Origin: Folioceros fuciformis
Lineage: Eukaryota
DNA: 50,746 nt
Reading direction: 5' to 3'
Assembly (NCBI GenBank): GCA_049999805.1
Contig: JBNGIO010006293.1
Span: 1 to 50,746 of the forward strand
The translations under genes and the position numbers were made by a program. Numbering within the stretch: position 1 is the stretch's first letter; every line of letters begins with the position of its first letter. The notes under the pieces were generated by a model. It searched no databases. It saw nothing but the letters and a program-made list of their open reading frames with translations, and was not told where the DNA came from. Positions 36,301-48,100 of this stretch are shown piece after piece.

Positions 36301-37816
36301 TCTGCCGTGGCCAGCTGACAAAGGTGCTGTCGCGATCCTGTGAATCGTTTGCATTTTGTGTGAACCTGTTCTAATAAAATCTGTAAATGTCCAGCCCTGC
36401 AAGGGCATTCTTCTCTTTGGTCCGCCTGGCACAGGAAAGACCATGTTGGCGAAGGCCGTAGCAACTGAAGCTGGTGCCAACTTCATCAATATTTCTATGT
36501 CCACCATTGCTTCAAAGGTATATTAGATTTTTCTTCAATTCCTCATGTGATGGGCTCATTCTTCTGCAGCTAACAACTTTAACCTTCGAATTGACAGTGG
36601 TTCGGAGAAGGGGAGAAGTATGTGAAAGCTGTGTTCACTCTGGCAAGCAAAATCTCACCGAGCGTGGTCTTCGTGGACGAGGTAGTTTCGAAGACTTTTG
36701 TGTATTTCCCTTTCTGGAAGTCAAATCATTTGATTCCTGTGATTCTGGACGTCTTGGAGCTCAACGCTGCTGGCTTTCCATTTGGGCAGGTGGACAGCAT
36801 GTTAGGTTGCCGAGAAAAACCCGGTGAACATGAAGCTATGAGGAAAATAAAGAACGAGTTTATGGCTAACTGGGATGGGCTGCGGACAAAGGACAGGGAA
36901 CGGGTGCTTGTGCTTGCCGCCACAAATCGGCCTTTTGATCTGGATGAAGCGGTTGTAAGGAGGCTCCCCAGGAGGTTGGTGGATAGTTCAATCTTAAACA
37001 AAGTGTGCTCCTTTCTACAGTGTTTGGTATGGGATGTTAGTGAGGGTACCTGCAAGGGCTACATTACAGGCTGCGGGCCCGGAGTAGGTCTCAGGTTTGA
37101 ATTGTCGTCACGAGACGCTTGTGGTGTCGTTGCAGGTTAATGGTGAATCTCCCAGATGCCGGAAATAGGGTGAAGATTCTTAAAGTAATTCTTGCCAAGG
37201 AGGAATTAGCATCTGATTTTGATTTTGAAGAGCTCGCAGTTCTTACCGAAGGATACTCGGGAAGTGATTTGAAGGTTAGAATCCAGGATAACACGTCATC
37301 GGAACTATCAATTTATCAGACTTCTTGGGGTGATGCAGAGCCTGATGGTTTTTCCTCCCTTCTTGCAGAACCTCTGTTCAACAGCTGCCTATCGACCCCT
37401 TCGAGAGATTTTGGAGAGGGAGAGGAAGGTATGAAATCCAAGCGTATGTTTGGTGTCCATGGATGTGTGTTTCTCGTCATATTAAAATTGAGCAAGTCCC
37501 TTGCATCAGGATAAGGAGGAAGCCCTTTCTCAGGGTAAACCGGCACCGCTGTTGACTGGTCAAGATGGGGCACCTGTGTACATCAGACCCCTGAATATGG
37601 ATGATATGCGGCAATCTCGCGAGCAGGTACGAGTCTTTCAATGTCATCTTGATTTTGTCGTCCAGTCTGGTGACGTGCCGTATATAATCCTCTCCTTTAC
37701 AGGTTTGTGCGAGCGTGTCGACCGATGCATCCAATATGTCGGAGTTGCTCCAGTGGAACGAAATGTATGGAGAAGGAGGCTCACGTAGGAAGACCACTCT
37801 AAGCTACTTCATGTGA
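30309..37816 (+). CDS. FHA-domain AAA+ ATPase (plant At4g02480/At1g02890-like, Msp1/spastin-type AAA), multi-exon
   Basis: Starts MVSTRR; FHA region [44 protein letters not shown] and degenerate [65 protein letters not shown]; Walker A GPPGTGKT (~36419), Walker [24 protein letters not shown]; ends [16 protein letters not shown] at 37816. Confidence 0.95.
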
Positions 37817-38244
37817 TGAACATTGATCGGCTGGGTTAAGAGTAAATTTTGAGTTGTAGTTTGAATGCAGAGTGAATATACTTTTTTGTCTGGTCCCTGT
37901 GTATTAATCACAGTTAGTAGAACCTCACCACCGATGAAGTGTTCGAGATGTATCTATATCTTCCCTTATTTGATTTATTCATATGGGATTGAGGTGTAAC
38001 CCGTTCGTCGTAGATGAGTCATAGACCACATGAGATTATTCACGACTCACGATGTAAACAGTAGGTGGCAAGTTAGAAAGTGGTTTGAAGCCATACCGAT
38101 CCGAAAGCAGTTTTGGTTCAAAATTGTACCTCATGTACAGAGATTCTACAACGAGGGCTATTAACAACTCAGACGTCAATGTGACGACCCGTAAACCTGT
38201 GGATGAAACACCCCGGCAAAGGAAATGTTAAATCCAGGATCCGA

Positions 38245-39243
38245 CTACCTTGGAGCCTCCTCCATGGTAACATCCATTGAGTCAACTTCCGGATAGTCCA
38301 CCTTCATATCTTGCATAGGAACCCAGGGAATGACAGCCATGTTGTTGTTGTTTACGGTGGAATCCACATTATTGTCGTTCCTGTCCGTGGACATGGCTTG
38401 GCCGCCTAGGTAAGATGGCAGGTAGGGTAGAGATGAGTGCGACGACACTCTGGAAAGCCGCTGAGGTAACCCGCCCACAGTCCCTGCAAGATCAAATGCT
38501 ACACACACGACGAAACGCAGAACAAGATATAATTGAAGACACCATTCGACAGTCCACGCCCATTGCAAACAGAAAGAGAAGAGAAGCAACTGGGAGCACA
38601 ACCATGGATGATACCCTTGGAATCCAGAAAGCTGGTGTTGAGATGAATAGGCAGCTCCGAAGATCCTGCTGGAGGGCCGCCAGGAAACAGCGGAGGATTC
38701 ACCGGTCTGTACAGCACTATAGCCCTCTCATCCGAGGGAGCAGGAAGACGAGCAGCAACAGGAACCGAAACAGAAGGTGGTGCAGGAGCAGGGGCCGGAA
38801 CTGGAGCCAAGACTTGAACGAAGGGAGGAGAAGCGGGCACAGCTTGTGTTTGTGCCGCTGGCACATACACAGGAGCTGCCACTGCGTTCTCAGGCACCGT
38901 GGGAAGCAGCGCCGAGGCCGCAGGCACGCCCGGACCTAGAGCCCCGTCCACCCGAAGCCCTGCCAACCCCTGCAGACAAAGATCATTACTGCATCAACAC
39001 CACAAAAATCACACTTCTCGTTTGCTTCCTCGCTGACACTCAATCCCTTATTCCAATCCACAAAAGTAGCACACGAGACGAAGGAGCCTGATCGTATCAG
39101 GCTTGCCTACTCACAGTACGTGCACGTTTGGGCGTAGAGAGCGTGAAACTGCTGAGCAAGTCCGACACAAAATCATCTGGCTCCTTCCGCTTGCCAGGCC
39201 CCTGGCCCTGGCCCTGACCGGGCCAAGCACTCAAGGTGTTCAT
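38245..39243 (-). CDS. Conserved uncharacterised plant protein (disordered, Pro-rich; ERAIVLY and AVIPWVP motifs), 3 exons, ~240 aa
   Basis: Exons 39243-39115, 38969-38615 and 38483-38245 join in frame (723 nt) with GT-AG junctions. The N-terminal KRKEPDDFVSDLLSSFTLSTPKRAR resembles a plant family starting KRK..DF..FSLSSP.KIRR (recognition from memory) and looks like a bipartite NLS. Confidence 0.8.
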
Positions 39244-40349
39244 CCTCAACACCCTCTTCGTTTCCTTTCCCTTCTCGGCCTACTTGTTCCTCCGTAGTTG
39301 CATCCGCTCATACAGCGACCTCGAAAGGTCCATTTCTCGCACCCGCCCTCCCGCGTCTGCGCATTCTCCGAGACAAAGACCCGAACCCGATTCCAATCCA
39401 CTTCCCCTCGATCCTGAGCCCGCTACAGGAGGCAAACACAGCACTCTCAGCTTCCCTTGTTGCCAGCTTCCATTGCGTGCAGGCTCAAGACACCAGGCCT
39501 CAGCAACAACTGCCCTTCAATTTCACAAGAAAAACAAGCAGCTCCCAACTTCCTGTGCTCTACCCTACCCTATCAGCACGAGTGTGCCCTCTCACAGCCT
39601 GCGCTGCCCTCGCATGCAAGGGGGAAAGATAGCTCAACTTTTGCGTTTCACGTGACTTTAGAAAACGCTTATGGTTCGTCTCCCGTCTCCTCTCATATGT
39701 ATGGGCAGTGCTAGGTGTCTAGCATTGGAACAATACTTCTCAATATGTACCAAATTATTTTTCGTGTTATTCAAATTTTTATTTTTAAACTTTTAAGCCC
39801 ACCTTAATTGGACCCAACCAGTACTACAAATTCCCCAACAAATAAAAAACAGTTTTGCTTCCTGTATGACAAATGTTTATTTTTTTTACAAGAGATGGAC
39901 TAACTCAACTCTTCGTTTAAACCTTATTCTATTGAGAAATCCCAAGGCCACCCTCACAACTTCCTCTAGTGGGCACACTTGTTCTATTATGGCTTCATAT
40001 AATAGGTTTCCTTCTCTTGAAAGAGATTTTGTCTTTGACCTTGCACAAATGGACTCATCTCATTGCAAACACCCTAACGGGCTCGTTGCCTTGCTCATTT
40101 CAAATGTAGGCTCACACTGCTCTTCCCACGGGGTGACTCACCCTAGACAAGCCATACCTATAGCAGTAGGTTGCCGAAGAAATTTATCACTTCTCACTCG
40201 TGAACAAAAATTGACCTCTTCTCACTTATGAGCTCTCACCATTCCTCTTCTCCTCTCGGCACTCCAATCTCCTATTGCTTCCTAAGAGAGACTCTTTGTG
40301 ACTCACTCTTTACTCTCCTCGTTCACTCCACTCCACAAGCATAAATTGA

Positions 40350-41275
40350 TCTCGTTTAGAGACATGTCCAACACACAAGAGAGGAAGACTGAGTCCATTT
40401 TTTCTATTGTGATTTGGCTAGATGCAAGCCTTCAAAACTTGGAAAATGCCTTGCACATGGCCCTGTGGACGTAATGGCAAGGGGGATAAAGGGTTTGTCT
40501 AGCTTATATAGGGGTGTACTTGTGAATCTTGGCCAATGTGATCCCCTCTACCACCCAACCTAGTGGGTTGGGAACAACATGCTCGCACATCGAGATGTGT
40601 ATGGAGTCCGTTGCGACCATATCAGCAATAGAAATTGGTTCTCCCTAATTGAGGAAAGGTCAACCTAAAGTGAAATGCTATTAAGCGGAGTGTATGGGTG
40701 CTCCTTGAAGAGCTGAAAATCGACCTCCCTTAGCCAACGAAAACATGACATTAAGCACAATGTCTCACATAGTAATGCTTTGTCCCCCAACCAAGCAATG
40801 TGCATGACCAGTACTAGAGTTGTCAAGTGGCATCCACAGTTGCAAGCGGAGATAGAGTAGGCCAAAGGTTGGGCTAAACCAAGGCAGAACTTCATTGTAA
40901 TAGAGAATGTAGTTGGTGCAATTTGAAAGGCTTGGATGCTAGGTTGAGCGAAGAGCCAAGAACCTTCTCCCCTTCCCAAGCAAGAATGAAGCCACGTTCC
41001 AATGGGTCGAGGGATAGAAGAATCCCAAAGAATATTGAGTTGCACTTCCTCATCTTTCTTCTCGAGAAGAGATGATTGCAGCCCTTGAATCGCCACCAGG
41101 AGAAGAGATGAATTTTGATGCATAAGAACTTTTGTTAGAGAAGATAGAAAGAAAGATCCTAGCCAATCTTGGGGACACTTGCAAAGCGAGGGCACCCTCT
41201 CAACACCAAGGATGAAAGGTTGCAAAATGCAAGAATCCCAACTGAGAAAATGAGAAGCCAAGATGAGAGCCAAAC
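40350..41275 (-). mobile_element. CRE-like non-LTR fragment, diverged copy B
   Basis: ORF 40665-41273 has WLHSCLGRGEGSWLFAQPSIQAFQIAP..F....LGLAQPLAY....CNCGC and is colinear with copy D. Confidence 0.7.
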
Positions 41276-41379
41276 ACTATAAGAAGAACGAGGCCTTTTG
41301 CAAGCCATTTTACAATAGATAGTTATAAAATGTTAAAATTGCGCTGTTGTAAGCTAAAAGCTTTATGACGTCGTAAAAT

Positions 41380-41690
41380 TTGGTCATGTGGTACCACAAC
41401 ACCAAATTGGTGACATGATGCCACATCACTACCATGTCATCAAGCGATGATATGGCATGCTATTACCACATAGAGTTTTCTTGGCACCTTATCAAATGAT
41501 GATGTGACATGATTTGACAACGTAATAATAAGTGTTTTGTCCACATCATTAAGAATGACATGTTATTGCCACCATAGAGTTTCCTTACCATGTCACCAAG
41601 TGATGATGTAATATGATTTAATGACGTGATAATATGTTCCACGTACCATTTGATGACATGGCTCCCATACCTAGTAAGCAATTGTTGCTA
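41380..41690. repeat. Degenerate TGACATG/CCACAT-rich repeat block (~105-bp periodicity), TE-subterminal-like
   Basis: TATTACCACATAGAGTTTTCTT at ~41461 and TATTGCCACCATAGAGTTTCCTT at ~41564, with many TGACATG motifs. Confidence 0.45.
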
Positions 41691-41964
41691 TGTCAATTAT
41701 TTACAAAACTATTTACAACATCCCATTACAAAAGAAATTATAGGTTTTCAAGTAATATATATACAAAATATTATATATTATTCATATAAATATAAATTGA
41801 TGTAGAGATACATTTACAACAAAGATCTTTTACAATGTGTTTTGTTGCAAACAATGTTACGATTCATTGAGCATTAGTAGGATCATACTTGTTGCTCCAA
41901 AGCTAGTTCACAAGTACTCGCTTTGCTAATGTTGAATATAATGTCTCAAATAGGAAATGTATTG

Positions 41965-42512
41965 TATTTTCTATGGTTGAAAAAGAGATGGAAAGTTCCA
42001 TCTATTGCAAAGATTTGAGGAACAACCTGAGATTGCCAAAAGGGGTACTAGCCTCTTCGAATATTATTCTCAAAAACTACTTACCATTCCCAAAATATCA
42101 TGATATGGAATAATAAAAGGATTACCTACTACCAATACCAAAGAAGCTGTTTCACTTGAGCTTGTTGGCCAATGCTCTTTGCAAAAGTAATGGATACGCT
42201 TTGTCAAAAGAAGGCCACTACAAAGGAAAGAGGAAGGACACCATTCTTATGACTCTAATAAACCTTGGCGCACTCCTTGACAAACCTTGAAAAATCCTTG
42301 CCTATAGCCCCGAGAGTCTCAATAGCAAGGGGAACAACAAGGGGGATGAAAGTATGCCTATTTTGCAGGGGAGAATACTTGTGGATTTAGGCTCTTGCAC
42401 AACTCTTCGGCGTCCAACTAGGGGGTTGATGACGACGTGCTCGTGGATTGAATCCCTAGTGGCATCCGTAACAACCACATCAGCAACACGAACATAATCC
42501 CCCCCTAGTGAA
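41965..42512 (-). mobile_element. CRE-like non-LTR 3' fragment, copy C
   Basis: VRVADVVVTD endonuclease motif and a 3' UTR near-identical to copies A and D, ending in the shared terminus. Confidence 0.75.
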
Positions 42513-42634
42513 AAAACAATTATGTGCGATGTCTCATATTGCATTATCTACGTTGCAATTCAAATGAAATTCAACTATGTTATAACTTTCAACATGATAT
42601 TGTAGTGGTGGTGGACATGAACACTTCTTTATGG

Positions 42635-42683
42635 AAAAGTATGTCACATGCTATCATGTATGAATAGCATGTGACATACTTTT
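42635..42683. repeat. Perfect 20-bp inverted repeat with 9-nt loop
   Basis: AAAAGTATGTCACATGCTAT-catgtatga-ATAGCATGTGACATACTTTT. Confidence 0.9.
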
Positions 42684-42872
42684 GTGAATCATTTTATATG
42701 GAAACAATATATGCTTCAATTTTAAAGGATTCGATTATTGGATTTTGTTTATTATTTAATGGATTTTGTTTATTGCTTAATGATAATTGAATGAGACATT
42801 GTTATGAAGAACGTAGCACGTTCTTAGTAGACAAGGAAGGATCAACACCACTTTCAATATGCTAACGCGTGA

Positions 42873-44400
42873 TATTTTCTATTATTGAAAAAAAGATGGA
42901 AAGTCTCATCTACTCCAAAGATTGGAGGAACAACCCAAGTAGGGCCAAAGGCCAATAGGCGTGCAAGCCCCTTCGAACATCATTCTCAAAAACTACCTAT
43001 TGCTCCCAAAATGTCATGATGTGGAATAACAAAAGGCCTACCTATCACTAGTGCCAAAAAAGCCGTTTAACCTGTGTTTGTTGCTGTTTTAAAAACCGCA
43101 TTGGCCAATGCTCGTTGCAAAGCAATGGATACGCGTTGTCGAAAGAAGGCCACTGCATAGGAAAGAGAGAAACACCATTCGTATTACTCGAATAAACCTT
43201 GGCGCACTCCTAGATAAACCTTGAAAAGTTCTTGTCCATAGCCCTCTAAGTTTCAAGAGCAAGGGAGATAAAAGTATGCTTGTCTTGTAGGGGAGAATAC
43301 TTATGGACTTTGACACTTGCACAACCCTTTGCCACCCAACCATGGGGGTTGATAATGACATGCTCGCAAATTGAATTCCTAATGGGATTCGTAACAATCA
43401 CAGTAGCAACACAAACTTGTTCCCCCTAGTGAAAATAAGGTCCGCTCTAAGTGAAACCCCATTGTGCAAAATATATGAACACTCCCTATACAGAAGAAAC
43501 CCACACTCCCTAGCCATTGAGAACATGACATCCCAAATTGTATCATGGGTGGCAATGAGGTGCCCCCCAATGGAACAACGTGCTAGATGGGACCCTATAT
43601 CGACAATAGCAACCCCACAACTGCATGTAGAGAGAGAAAAAGCCAAGGGGTGGGCCAAACCTAAGCGAAATCTCGTAGCGGTGGCAAAAGTTGCTGTTGC
43701 GATATGAAAAGCCTGGATGCAAGGTTGAGCCCATAGCTAATAGCCCGCTCCTTTACCTGAACAAGATTGAATATGAGCTCGAGAAGACCTAGGGATGGAT
43801 GAGTTTAAAAGAGGGGCTTTTAGTGCTTAGCTATATTGCTTTTATAGGGGGAGGCTTGGAGACCTCTCAACCCTTCCTTAACAAAGGAGGTGAAAGGAGG
43901 TAGAGCCTCGCGAGCCTCCAAAGGTAGAGAATCCTTATCTTGCCTAAGAGATAGTTGCAAAGGGAAAACGCCTTTCTCAACCCTTGAAATAAAACCTTCA
44001 AGAAGAAGGGAATCTTACAGCAAAAAACAAGAGGCCAAAATTGGAGTTGAGAGTGCCCAGCTACCGAGAAAGACAGCTGGGGTAGAGGACTCCATTGCCA
44101 AAAGACCAACCCCTCCAAAGACGAACGGCAAGGAAGCTTGCTTCGAGCCAAATCATGGACGACACACTTGAAGATACCAGTATCTATGATGTCCCCAAGA
44201 GCCTTCATAACTTAATTGTCAAACTTTCTTAGACTTGATAAGAAAACTGGAGAAAACGCAACAGTTCTAGTGAGGTAACCTGGTCGCCATGCAAAATAAG
44301 AAGAAAGAATACCAAACGCAATTTGAGAATCACCGATTTGTGAGAGGTCCATGATATGAGTCAAATCTTCATCAACGCTTCATTCACAAACTTATGAACA
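42873..44400 (-). mobile_element. CRE-like non-LTR retrotransposon 3' fragment, longest copy D
   Basis: RT-thumb-like region (RPGYLTRT..FD..KLP..GL), zinc knuckle CSCG..D..HLARCSIGGHLIATHDTIWD, RADLIF endonuclease motif and the shared 3' terminus. Confidence 0.8.
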
Positions 44401-45109
44401 AAATCAATACAATTAATATATCATCAACATATTAATTCAAGAATTATTTATATAGTATTTAAATATAAATAAAATTTATACTCTTACACTAATTAGTATT
44501 ATAGATGGAACATTCATATGATCTTACCCAAAGAACGCAAACGTGTTCAAAATAAAACACCCATGTGATCTCACATACACAAAACACCCATGCGCTCCAA
44601 ACTGCCCTATTGCATTAACAGGGTTTAACTTGGTGTCATATTTTAAATAAATATATTATATATATAATAATGTAAACAACGCTCAACAAAAATTGTGTGA
44701 TGCGCTGAAACTTTAGCCATACGGAGAGAGAGCCCCACGAAGGTGACTTCACCCGGGCCAAAATGGGACGTGAACACTTGGAACGACGGGGGCCCTAGAG
44801 ATGAGAGGAGATACGCTGCCAAACAACATAGATCTTTCAGGAGATATGAATGTAAACCTACAGCCTAGGCACCATGAACCTCACTTTTTTTTTTGTCTTC
44901 CCCGCGGCCGAAGGTTGTCCACTGAATAAGCCAAGCCATGCCAGTGTCGTGAAGAATGGGCGCTGCCGGCCGACTCCTGCTACGTGTGCGTTGCGCTGCA
45001 CCGCCCCGCTCGCACACGCCATGCCTGCCCTCGCGCTCCCGCCATCGCCAGTGCCGCTTACCTCGAGTCTCCTCGTTTTAGCCGGCAGCACAGAGCTGCA
45101 GCTGCAGGG

Positions 45110-48100
45110 ATGAAAGATCCTGCAGACGGCTCTGAGGCAGCAAGGTCAGGAAGCGTACGGCCATGGACTTTCATGGATGACATCGCCTTCGATTACCCTG
45201 GGCAAGGCCCTGGCGCTGACGGTTGTGCAGGAGGTGGAGGTGGAGGAGGAAGTGGTGAAGGAGGAGAAGGAGGAGGTAGTGCTGCAGGTGTGGATGTTGT
45301 GAAGTTGGATCAGGACACCAATGTCCATGGGGCCGAGGAAGCCAGGGGGAGCGAGGAGATTCTACCTAGGTCGTTGCAGGAGTATGAGCTGAGCAGCAGA
45401 CCGGTGAAGCCGCCGTCGGGGCAGCATAAGAATTACCCTGAGATGCCGCCGGTTAATGCGCACTCGTACCGGCAGCTGGAGCAGCATGCCAGCAAGAGGT
45501 CCAGGCACCACGAGTCCCTGTCGCAGCTGATCCTGAAGCAGCAGCAGTCTAGGCCTGGGAATCAGCATAACCTGCGGCATCAGCATTATCAAGGGGTGAG
45601 CGTCGGGGCTGGCTCGGACACGGCCAAAGCGGGAACGGGGTTGTCAGGAACTCATCCTAGCAGCAGCAGCATGCAGGGAAGCATGAAGGCGGATCACTGG
45701 ATGGACGCCTCGTTGGCACGGCAGAAGGTGCAGCGACGGGATGTCCATGTGAAGCAGGAGCAGTTCGGTATTGATGACCAGCAGTCCGGGAAAGGGTCCA
45801 GCTCGGGGAGGGAGCATACCTTGAGTGCCACAGGGTGTACTAAGGAGTCTAATGTCGGAGCTCCTGAAGGGACGGAGCAGGGTAAGAGCGGTGCGGTTCA
45901 CCTTCATGTGGTGAGTCAGCCCTTCGCGATCACCGACTCTACCATGAATGCCTGTGGAGCTCGCAGCGATCCTTCTAAGGAGGGAGTGCACTCGGCTTTT
46001 GTAATTGTTGGAAGTTCCACCGATGATGCAGCAGACACGAAGCCCTCGCATCCGGTCAAGAGTGAAGTAGATCCTGCCAGTCGTGTCGTGAGTGGCAGGG
46101 TGGGTAATGTCTGTGGAGGGGGCCTGAGTCTGAGGGAGTGGCTCAACAGGCCGTCACGAGTTCTTGATCGTGTGGAGGGGTTGCACATTTTCAGGCAGAT
46201 TTTGGAGTTCGTCAATCTTGCTCACAGGCAGGGTGTGATTTTGCGAAATGTGCGGCCTTCGTGCTTCGTTCTATCTTCTCTGAACAGGGTGGGGTTTATT
46301 GAGTCTGCAAGCACTCGAGGCAGCTCAGAGAGATCGTCTGAGAGGTCAACTGGAATCTCGTCTACACCTCCAGTTTCAGGTGACCATGGGTCTCACGGTG
46401 GCATTCCTGGGGTTAGATATGGTCAGAATGCACCGGTTCGTGTGCAGACTGAGGGTGTCGGTGGTTACAGGCAGCAGCAGACCATGATGTGCGCGACCAA
46501 CGAGACAGCTTCAGGTTTGCCTCAAGCGGGTGTTGCTGGGAGTGGCAGTTCGTCATCGGCCTGCTCACGCGACATGCACTCGCAGCAAACAGATTCTTCT
46601 GGAAGCCGGTCTGATACACCAAACATGCCGGTAACACCAGGTGACAATGCCCAAGATTGTTTTCCTCAGCGCCAGCTATTGCTGATGGAACAGACGTGGT
46701 ATTCTAGCCCAGAGGAGTTGGCTGGTGGAGCAGGCAGTTTTGCCTCTGACACCTATAGGTTAGGCGTCCTTTTTTTCGAGGTGAGTTGTACTCTTGACGA
46801 CCTATACTTCAAAACTGAAAATCGGGGGTCTTGTCAGCGGGTACTTTGCTGGATCCAGTCGTTCTAAAGAGCATTTCTTGTGGGAGGTTTTGTTCTAATT
46901 ACTGTTCATTTGCTGCCTCAGCTCCTATGTATCTTTAGTTCACCAATGGAGCGAAGCAGAGTCATGTCTGATTTGAGGCATCGTATTCTTCCTCCACGTC
47001 TCTTGTCTGAATGTCCGAAGGAAGCGGCCTTTTGCCTTTGGTTACTGCACCCTGAGCCAAGTTCGAGACCCAAGGCGGGGTAGGTGTTGCGGACTGTGAT
47101 GACCAACTGTGACGTGTGACTACTTATGTATTCGCATGCATCCGATTGTCTCCCTATACTCAGTAGTTGGTTATTTTCCTCACGTGTTCTTGCTCTCTGA
47201 AGGGCTACGGTGGTTGAGGAGCTGACGCTTCTAGTTTTGACATAACTGACTGTGCAGGGAGATCTTAAACTGCGAGCTACTCAATGAAGCTAGAGAGGCT
47301 CTAGCAGAACGGCAGGCTGCTGTGGGTATTGAGGAAAGAGAGGCAGAATCAAATTTGCTGTTGGATTTTTTGGTCCGCGTGCAGCAGCAGAAACAAGAAG
47401 TTGCCCAGCAATCTTCGAAAGACATCCATCGCCTTCTGTCTGACATTAAGGAGGTGGAGAGACGGCGAAGTGTTTTGAGGAGCACTGGACTTCCAGGAAG
47501 TTTTTTAGGTCAGGGCGAGCACCTTGTGAAGCTCCCCAGCCCGGAAGGCAAACTTCTGGGTCTGAAAAGAAGACTAGATGATCCGTGTGTGAAAGAGTTG
47601 CTGGATTTGGAGGACAACAAACCTGGGGTCCTGGGCAAAAGGTCTCGTGATACTGAGGAAGACAAAAATACTGACTTGAAGTTGAAGAACATTGTGACAG
47701 GAGATGGTCAAAACAGAAGGACTACAGAGCTCTCAGCTAAGAGTGCCAGATTGATGAACAACTTCAGCCAATTAGAAAGAGTTTACTTCTCGATGAGGTG
47801 GAAATCGGGAACTCCCAACACAGATGTGGTGACTGCGTTGGGGCACCCAGTGGAAGCTCCAGCCGTAAGTGCAGGACCCCAGAGGAATACGAGAGGTGCG
47901 GATGCCCAAAAGTCCGGGAAAGGGCGGGAAGGGGATCCTTCGAGTGATGATTCGGAAGACTGGCTTGGTTGTTTTTTTGATAACGTGTGCAAGTATGCTC
48001 GCTACAGCAGATTTGAGGTGAAAGCTACTTTACGGCATGGAGACTTACTGAACACCGCAAATATGGTGTGTTCCCTAAGTTTTGACCGGGATGATGAGTT

